A stretch of DNA of 13,128 nt. Source: Thermoanaerobaculia bacterium. Its GTDB lineage: Bacteria; Acidobacteriota; Thermoanaerobaculia; UBA5066. Under the pieces are notes generated by a model. The model was not told the DNA's origin and ran no database searches. It saw only the letters and a program-made list of their open reading frames with translations. Of the stretch, positions 7,430 through 13,128 are shown piece after piece. Location of the stretch: the NCBI GenBank assembly GCA_963816185.1, contig CAWFJJ010000009.1, forward strand, positions 1 to 13,128, in the 5' to 3' direction. The translations under genes were made by a program, and so were the position numbers. Within the stretch, counting starts at the first letter, position 1; each line of letters opens with the position of its first letter.

Positions 7430-10285
7430 GTGACGATCAGCGCGGGTACCCGTCTCGGCCCGTACGAAGTGCTCGCTCCGATCGGCGCGGGCGGGATGGG
7501 CGAGGTTTACCGGGCGCGCGACACGCGACTCGGCCGCGACGTCGCGATCAAGGTCCTCCCCGAGTCCGTCTCGGCCGATCCGAAGGCCCTCGCCCGGTTC
7601 GAGAGCGAGGCCCGTGCCGTCGCGGCCCTTTCTCATCCGAACATCCTCGCCCTCCACGACGTCGGCGAGACGGACGGTGTCCGCTACGCGGTGACGGAGC
7701 TTCTGGAAGGCGAGACGCTGCGGGGTCTCGTCGGCCGGGGCCTCATCCCCGTGCGGCGCGCCCTGGAGATCGTGCACGAAGTGGCCGAAGCGCTCGCGGC
7801 CGCCCACGGCAAGGGGATCGTCCACCGCGACGTGAAGCCCGAGAACGTCTTCGTGACGAAGGACGGCCGCGTCAAGCTCCTCGACTTCGGCCTGGCCCGA
7901 TCCGGACCTCTCCCCGCCGGACGCGAAGAGACGCATTCGCCGACGGTCGAGAAGCTGACCTCGGAAGGAGCGGCGGTCGGGACGGTGGCCTACATGTCGC
8001 CCGAGCAGGCGCGCGGGGAGACCGTCGAATATCGGAGCGACCAGTTCTCGCTCGGCATCGTCCTCTACGAGATGCTCGCGGGGACACGGCCGTTCAAGGG
8101 GGCGTCCGTCGCCGAGACGCTGACGGCGATCATCCGCGAGGAGCCCGAGCCGCTCGCGGCCGCGGCTCCGCAGGTGCCCGCCCCGGTCCGGTGGCTCGTG
8201 GAGCGGCTGCTGGCGAAGGACGCTCGTGGACGGTACGAATCGACGGCGGACCTCGCCCGAGACCTGAAGACCTTGAGCCTCCACCTGTCGGAGGCCGGGA
8301 TGTCGTCCGGCTCCGCAAGGGCCGCGGCAGCGAGCACGGCTGGAAGGAGAAGTTGGCGCACTCTCCCGGGTCCCGCAGTCGCCGGTCTCGTCGCCGCTGC
8401 CGTTCTCGTCACCGCCCTCGTGACGGACTCTCTCTTGAGGGGGAAAGCCCGCGGGCCAGCTCCGGTGAATCGAGTGGAGGTCCGGCTCCCGGAGGGGCAC
8501 TACCTCTCCCGGTTCCGGCAGCAATTCGCGCTCTCCCCGGACGGCAGGCTCCTCGTCTTCTCCGCGATCGCCTGGAAGGATGGAGACCCGGAGGAGAGCC
8601 CCCGGCAGCTCTTCCTCCGGCCCCTCGACAGCTTCGAGGCACGGCCGATTCCCGGCACTGAAGCGGTCGGAACGGCCGGGGGCAGGAATCCCGTCTTCTC
8701 CCCTGACGGACGGCACATCGCCTTCAGCTTCAAGTCGGACGGCAAGGACTTCCTGAAGAGGGTCCCGGTCGCTGGAGGGGCCGCCACGACGATCTGCCAG
8801 TGCGACGCTGCCTGGGGGAAGGAGTGGTCGAGCGGGTCGATCCTCTTCGCGTCGGTCAGAGGACCGCTGCAGAGGGTGCCCGACGCCGGCGGCACCCCCG
8901 AGGCGGTCACGGCGCTCGACGCCGCGGAGGGAGAGGTCAGCCACCGGCTCCCTCACCTCCTCCCAGATGGACGTACCGTGGTCTACACGGCCCTCCGCTG
9001 GGAGACGGAAGGGATGACGTGGGCGAAGGTCCGGATCTACGGCCAGCGTCTCGGCGAGAAGGAGAGAAGCCTCCTCGCGGAAGGGGGTTCGGACGGCCGC
9101 TGGGTCCCCCCGGGGAACCTCATCTTCGCCCGGGAGGGGAGGCTCTTCGCCGCCCCGTTCGACGCCTCATCCTTGCGGGTCGGCGGCCAGGCGGTCCCGG
9201 TCCTCGAGGGGGTGAGTCATTGGATCTGGGCGCCAGGCGAAGATGGGGAGAGCGGGGCCGCCAGCCTGGACGTGGCGGCCGACACCTTCGCGTGGGTCCC
9301 CGGGTCCGTGATACCCGAGCTAACGGGGTCCCTCGTCTGGATCGACAGGGCGGGCAAGAAGACGCCGGTGGACCTTCCGAAAGGACCGTTTCCAAACGGC
9401 CGGATCTCGCCGGACGGCAAGCGGCTCCTCGTCTTCTACTTCTATCCGGGGAGGCAGGCCGAAATCGTCGATCTCGCGAGCGGGGCCCGCCGCAACGTGA
9501 CCTTCGAGATGAATCCCCTCTCGGCCATCTGGGGGCCCGGACCGGACCGGATCACGTTCGTCTCCAACCACGAAGGACCGCCCAGGATCTACAGCCGGAA
9601 GGTCGACGCCGGCCCGGAGGAGGTCGAGACGCTCTGGAGGGGGACGGGCCGCGGCGGAATCGCAGTCGGTTCCTGGTCGCGGGACGGGAAGACCCTCGCG
9701 TTCGTCGTCTCCGATCCGAAGACCGGTTATGACATCTGGCTCCTCGAGCAGGGGAAGGCGCCTCGCCCGTTCGTCTCGAGCCAATTCGGCGAGATGCACC
9801 CGGACATCTCGCCGGACGGCCGCTGGCTCCTTTACACCTCGGACGAGCCGGGGCGGTACGAGGTCTTCGTGAGGCCACTCTCCGGCGGCCCTCCCCGGCA
9901 AGTCTCCGCCGGTGGAGATCGGGTGCTTGGAGGTCGGCAGCCTCTCTGGTCGCGGGACGGCTCCGCGATCACCTACTGGGGGAACGGACCGACTCCCGGC
10001 CTCTGGGTCCTCTTCCGCGTCGGCGTGACGGTGTCGGGAGACGGGCTCTCGCTCGGCCAGCCGGCGAGGCTCATCGAGGCTCCTTCCAAGGGCGTCCGTA
10101 GCTACCCTAACCACGGGTGGGACATGGCGCCGGACGGACGCATTCTCAGGGGCGAGTGGATGACCGAGGCGGACAGCCGCGCCTGGGAAGAGAAGACCCT
10201 CTCCGACCGGATTCGCATCGACCTCGGCGGCCTCCCCGCGCTTCTCTCCGGGGCGGGGAAGCAGCAGCCGGCGGGCGAGAAATAG
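7430..10285 (+). CDS. Hanks-type Ser/Thr protein kinase with a transmembrane helix and PD40/TolB-like beta-propeller C-terminal region
   Basis: Typical N-terminus (V)TISAGTRLGPYEV, then GAGGMGEVY, VAIKVL, HRDVKPEN, DFGLA, YMSPEQ, SDQFSLG. Hydrophobic AVAGLVAAAVLVTALV is followed by repeated SPDGR/SPDGK/SRDG blades. Confidence 0.95.
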   Translation: MTISAGTRLGPYEVLAPIGAGGMGEVYRARDTRLGRDVAIKVLPESVSADPKALARFESEARAVAALSHPNILALHDVGETDGVRYAVTELLEGETLRGLVGRGLIPVRRALEIVHEVAEALAAAHGKGIVHRDVKPENVFVTKDGRVKLLDFGLARSGPLPAGREETHSPTVEKLTSEGAAVGTVAYMSPEQARGETVEYRSDQFSLGIVLYEMLAGTRPFKGASVAETLTAIIREEPEPLAAAAPQVPAPVRWLVERLLAKDARGRYESTADLARDLKTLSLHLSEAGMSSGSARAAAASTAGRRSWRTLPGPAVAGLVAAAVLVTALVTDSLLRGKARGPAPVNRVEVRLPEGHYLSRFRQQFALSPDGRLLVFSAIAWKDGDPEESPRQLFLRPLDSFEARPIPGTEAVGTAGGRNPVFSPDGRHIAFSFKSDGKDFLKRVPVAGGAATTICQCDAAWGKEWSSGSILFASVRGPLQRVPDAGGTPEAVTALDAAEGEVSHRLPHLLPDGRTVVYTALRWETEGMTWAKVRIYGQRLGEKERSLLAEGGSDGRWVPPGNLIFAREGRLFAAPFDASSLRVGGQAVPVLEGVSHWIWAPGEDGESGAASLDVAADTFAWVPGSVIPELTGSLVWIDRAGKKTPVDLPKGPFPNGRISPDGKRLLVFYFYPGRQAEIVDLASGARRNVTFEMNPLSAIWGPGPDRITFVSNHEGPPRIYSRKVDAGPEEVETLWRGTGRGGIAVGSWSRDGKTLAFVVSDPKTGYDIWLLEQGKAPRPFVSSQFGEMHPDISPDGRWLLYTSDEPGRYEVFVRPLSGGPPRQVSAGGDRVLGGRQPLWSRDGSAITYWGNGPTPGLWVLFRVGVTVSGDGLSLGQPARLIEAPSKGVRSYPNHGWDMAPDGRILRGEWMTEADSRAWEEKTLSDRIRIDLGGLPALLSGAGKQQPAGEK

Positions 10286-10288
10286 AGG

Positions 10289-10384
10289 ATGGCGCTCGAA
10301 GCTGGCACCGGGATCGGCCGCGAAAGATGCCGTTCAGCTGGAGGGGCGCTCGACGATCGTGCGCTGGAGCGAGACTTGAGCTGA
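10289..10384 (+). pseudogene. Possible 5' remnant of a second tandem Ser/Thr kinase gene
   Basis: ATG 3 nt after the kinase stop encodes MALEAGTGIGR..., resembling the M-x-L-x-x-GTRLGPY start of this kinase family (compare TISAGTRLGP). Similarity is lost after about 10 codons, and the frame stops at 31 aa next to the att repeat. Confidence 0.35.
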
Positions 10385-10391
10385 AAGGCAA

Positions 10392-10436
10392 TGGTGGAGC
10401 TGAACGGGATCGAACCGTCGACCTCTTGAATGCCAT
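10392..10436 (-). repeat. Displaced 3' fragment of tRNA-Ala (45-bp att direct repeat)
   Basis: Identical to 12074..12118, i.e. tRNA positions 32-76, from the first base of the anticodon loop through CCA. It has no 5' half, so it is not a functional tRNA. Confidence 0.96.
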
Positions 10437-10512
10437 AAAGGCCGCCTCCATCATTTTCCCAGGAGATTCTGAGACTTAGGCGGCGAGGGAGCGCCCTGCC
10501 TGGGGCATTCGT

Positions 10513-10532
10513 GCATGCCGGATCGCTGTACG
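10513..10532 (+). repeat. 20-bp motif, copy 1 (candidate integrase arm-type site)
   Basis: GCATGCCGGATCGCTGTACG, 19/20 identical to 12030..12049 in direct orientation. Confidence 0.75.
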
Positions 10533-10867
10533 CGTCACGCATCGGCGCGGATCGTGATTTCCGCGGGGGCCTGTCAAGTGGAAAAGTGGCCTGCATGGGA
10601 CACTGCGAGGACAGGTCCACTTTGGTCACCAATGCAGACGGTTTTGGTCAGTAGCTGAGCGTGCCGTATGCCTCGGCTGGGATTGCAGCTCCCTCGCTGA
10701 CGGCCCGCGACGTCACGCCGCTTGCTGTGGCTCTCGCGCGACCACCTGCGCGCGCGAGTACACGTGCTCGGTCGTCGCGCTCTCGCGCAAGCGGCGCGCC
10801 GCGCTACCGGCTCTCGACTCCGGCGCTGCTGATCGGCTTTCCTCTCGGCGTACCCGGCGCACCATCC

Positions 10868-11164
10868 GCCCCCGCGCGCGGCGAGCTCCGGCGTGCGGGG
10901 CGTTGGTGCCGGGCGCTCTGCAGCGCGCGCGCCGGGCGGGGCCCCACGTTCCCCTGCCCGTCACGCGCGCGCATCCCGCATTCGCGCGTTCGCTGGCCGG
11001 TAATGGCCTATTACCGTCCCCGGGTCTTTCATTTCCCGGCCGCGCGTGCGCGGCCGGGGGCACCCCGCACGCCTCCGGGGCGCTTCGGCGCCCTTCACAT
11101 AACGCGAGCGCTATGTGCTCAGGGTGCGCGCGGTAGCGCGCACCAACTCGCCGCGCGCGGGGGC
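10868..11164. other. Structured non-coding module A
   Basis: Perfect 18-bp closing stem 10868-10885/11147-11164 and 11-bp stem 10890-10900/11063-11073. Hairpins at 10923-10972, 10998-11016, 11035-11058, 11078-11093, 11096-11117 and 11123-11144. Homologous to the reverse complement of module B. Confidence 0.8.
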
Positions 11165-11619
11165 TTGGCGCCGGAGCGGCGGCAAGCGCCGTGGCTTCGA
11201 GAGACGCCGGAAGAATTTTCGCGCGCGCCTTCGGCGCGGTCGCTGAAGGCGCGTCACGCTCCGTGCTTCGCTTCCGCGCGCGGCATCTGCGGTTCTCGTT
11301 CCTGCGCGTCCTCGATCCCGCGCGCGGGCACGGCCCGCGCCGCGCCGGGCCCCGCGCTGGCGGGAGCATGCCCGCGAGGTGGTCGAGCACGGCGCGCCAG
11401 CGACCGCGCGCAGACGACCGAGCGGAAGCGACGCATGCGCACTGCCAGCGCTTTACCGCCGCGGCCGAAGGCCGCCGCCGCTAGCCACGTGGCCTTGCGC
11501 GGCACGCACGCGTGCGGCGCGTGGACCGAGCACGCTTGCGCGCGCAGGCGCACGCGCCCTTCATTCGCGCGCCGCGCAAGGCCCTTCGCCGCTCGCGCCC
11601 GGGCCGGGCGCGCACCGCA

Positions 11620-11875
11620 CGCCCCCGGCGGGTTTACATAGCGCCCCGTTATGTAAACGGCCGAGCGCAGCGAGGCCCGGAGGCGAGAGGGGTGCCGCCG
11701 CGGAGGCGAAGCGCGGAGCGGGACATGAAAGTGCCGGGGCCGATAAACGCGTTTATCGGCAAGCGGGATCTCGCAGCGCGCGTGCCCGATGGGAGGGCCG
11801 GGGAGGGACCCGCGGGCACGCGCGCTGCCCCGCGGCCGGCGCCACCAGCCCCTCTCGCCGGAGCCGCCGGGGGCG
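11620..11875. other. Structured non-coding module B (inverted, diverged copy of A)
   Basis: Perfect 12-bp closing stem 11620-11631/11864-11875 and 11-bp stem 11682-11692/11849-11859. Hairpins at 11632-11658, 11659-11677, 11739-11760 (perfect 22-bp palindrome) and 11773-11828 (perfect 16-bp stem). Confidence 0.8.
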
Positions 11876-12029
11876 CTGTCTCCCCGTCGTGCTCTCCCCC
11901 GTCGGGTGTCCGCATCGCCGCTACAGGTCGCGCGAGAAGCGCGTCCTCGCCTCGATCGCCGCGTCGTTCGCGAGGCGCGAAACACGTCTGCCGGCGTTCG
12001 ATTTCGGGCGCTTTATCGGCGTCCTCCCC

Positions 12030-12049
12030 GCATGCCGTATCGCTGTACG
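12030..12049 (+). repeat. 20-bp motif, copy 2 (candidate integrase arm-type site)
   Basis: GCATGCCGTATCGCTGTACG, 24 bp from the tRNA CCA end and 19/20 identical to 10513..10532. Confidence 0.75.
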
Positions 12050-12073
12050 TCGCGCCGAGGAAGGCTTCTAAAG

Positions 12074-12149
<76 letters not shown>

Positions 12150-12171
12150 ACGCCGTGCGGAGAGAGGGCGA

Positions 12172-12200
12172 AAGGTAGCACCGGGCAGCGGTACGGTCAA
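12172..12200 (-). promoter_or_regulatory. Sigma70-type promoter of the tRNA gene
   Basis: On the - strand: TTGACC (12200-12195), a 17-nt spacer ending in TGC (extended -10), then TACCTT (12177-12172), 22 nt upstream of the mature tRNA 5' end. Confidence 0.7.
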
Positions 12201-12241
12201 ACGAGCGCGGTGAAGGTAGGATCGCCGCCGAGGGGACGCCG

Positions 12242-13114
12242 ATGCGCTGGACCGAAGGCGAACAGAGTCCGGACATCGAGGACCGGCGTGGCGAGGGCGG
12301 AGGATTCAGCTTTGGCGGCGGAGGGTTCCGCCTCGGATGCGGCGGCATCATTCTTCTCGCGGTCCTCAGCCTCGTCTTCAGGAAGAACTTCTTCGCGCTT
12401 CTGGACAGCAACTCCGGCGGACCGCCCGCCGCCGACGTCACGCGCTCCGGCCCGCCCGTCTCGCAGTCGGCCGAAGACCAGCAGCGCGTGAAGTTCGTCT
12501 CGTTCGTCGTCGAGGATGTCCAACGCACCTGGGAAAAGGAATTCCCGAAGCTCGGCGGAACCTATCAGCGCGCGAAGCTCGTCCTCTTCCGTGACGCGAC
12601 GCGCTCGGGCTGCGGCTTCGCCGAGTCGGAGATGGGCCCGTTCTACTGTCCGACCGACGAGAAGGTGTATCTCGACCTCGGCTTCTTCGACGAGCTGCGC
12701 TCGCGCTTTGGCGCCCCGGGAGAGTTCGCCGAGGCCTACGTCATCGCGCACGAGTTCGGCCATCACGTGCAGAGGTTGCTCGGACTCGACGAGAAGGTTC
12801 GCCGCGCCCAGGCCGAGCGCCCGTCGATGAAGAACGAGCTTTCCGTGCGGACGGAGCTCCAGGCCGACTGCCTCGCCGGCGTCTGGGGGCACGCGACGGC
12901 CGAGAGGAACATCCTCGAGAAGGGCGACGTCGAGTCCGGCCTCGCGGCCGTATCGGCCGTGGGCGACGACCGGCTTCAAAAGGCAGCGACCGGGCGCGTG
13001 AGTCCCGAGTCGTGGACGCACGGCTCGTCGAGGGAGCGCACGGAGTGGTTCACGCGGGGGTTGCAGACAGGTCAGGTCGGTGCCTGTGACACGTTCGCGC
13101 GGGCGGCGCGCTGA
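12242..13114 (+). CDS. ypfJ: YpfJ-like neutral zinc metallopeptidase
   Basis: N-terminal MRW....S..IEDRRG, Gly-rich linker and TM helix, then SGCGFA....GPFYCP.D.KVYLDL.FF, zinc motif YVIAHEFGHHVQ, ELQADCLAG and THGSS.ER..WF. SD-like GAGGGG upstream. Confidence 0.92.
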   Translation: MRWTEGEQSPDIEDRRGEGGGFSFGGGGFRLGCGGIILLAVLSLVFRKNFFALLDSNSGGPPAADVTRSGPPVSQSAEDQQRVKFVSFVVEDVQRTWEKEFPKLGGTYQRAKLVLFRDATRSGCGFAESEMGPFYCPTDEKVYLDLGFFDELRSRFGAPGEFAEAYVIAHEFGHHVQRLLGLDEKVRRAQAERPSMKNELSVRTELQADCLAGVWGHATAERNILEKGDVESGLAAVSAVGDDRLQKAATGRVSPESWTHGSSRERTEWFTRGLQTGQVGACDTFARAAR

Positions 13115-13128
13115 AACGCCGCGCCCGA

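Noticed and set aside
10392-10436. Second tRNA-Ala gene
   Set aside because: Only positions 32-76 are present, with no D arm or 5' acceptor strand. It is an att duplication.
11088-11563. MOBQ-type nic site suggested by GCGCCCTT at 11088 and 11554
   Set aside because: The required upstream TAAGT part of TAAGTGCGCCCT is missing in both copies.
11720-11735. Hammerhead ribozyme core suggested by ATGAAAG
   Set aside because: No CUGAnGA partner is present in the right context in either module.
10437-12073. CRISPR array, integron attC array or IS/MITE
   Set aside because: No regularly spaced identical repeats, no GTTRRRY-bounded cassettes with ORFs, and no terminal inverted repeats with a short target duplication.

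Overview
GC-rich bacterial DNA whose gene families suggest Acidobacteriota (inference, not a database result). The + strand carries a small ORF, a probable lipoprotein, a zinc-independent MDR oxidoreductase, an Oar-like TonB-dependent receptor, a sulfatase-like lipoprotein with TPRs and a Hanks-type Ser/Thr kinase with PD40/TolB repeats. The window ends with tRNA-Ala(GGC) on the - strand and a divergent YpfJ-like zinc metallopeptidase. The main feature is a 1682-bp element (att-to-att) integrated in the tRNA-Ala 3' end, bounded by an exact 45-bp repeat that starts at the anticodon loop. It encodes no integrase or credible protein. It holds two inverted, diverged copies of a ~256-297-nt multi-branched structural module with compensatory base changes, plus a 20-bp candidate arm-type repeat near each end. 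It reads as a non-autonomous, apparently non-coding integrative element that may act as folded ssDNA or RNA. All alignments and pairings were made by eye; no folding or database search was run.
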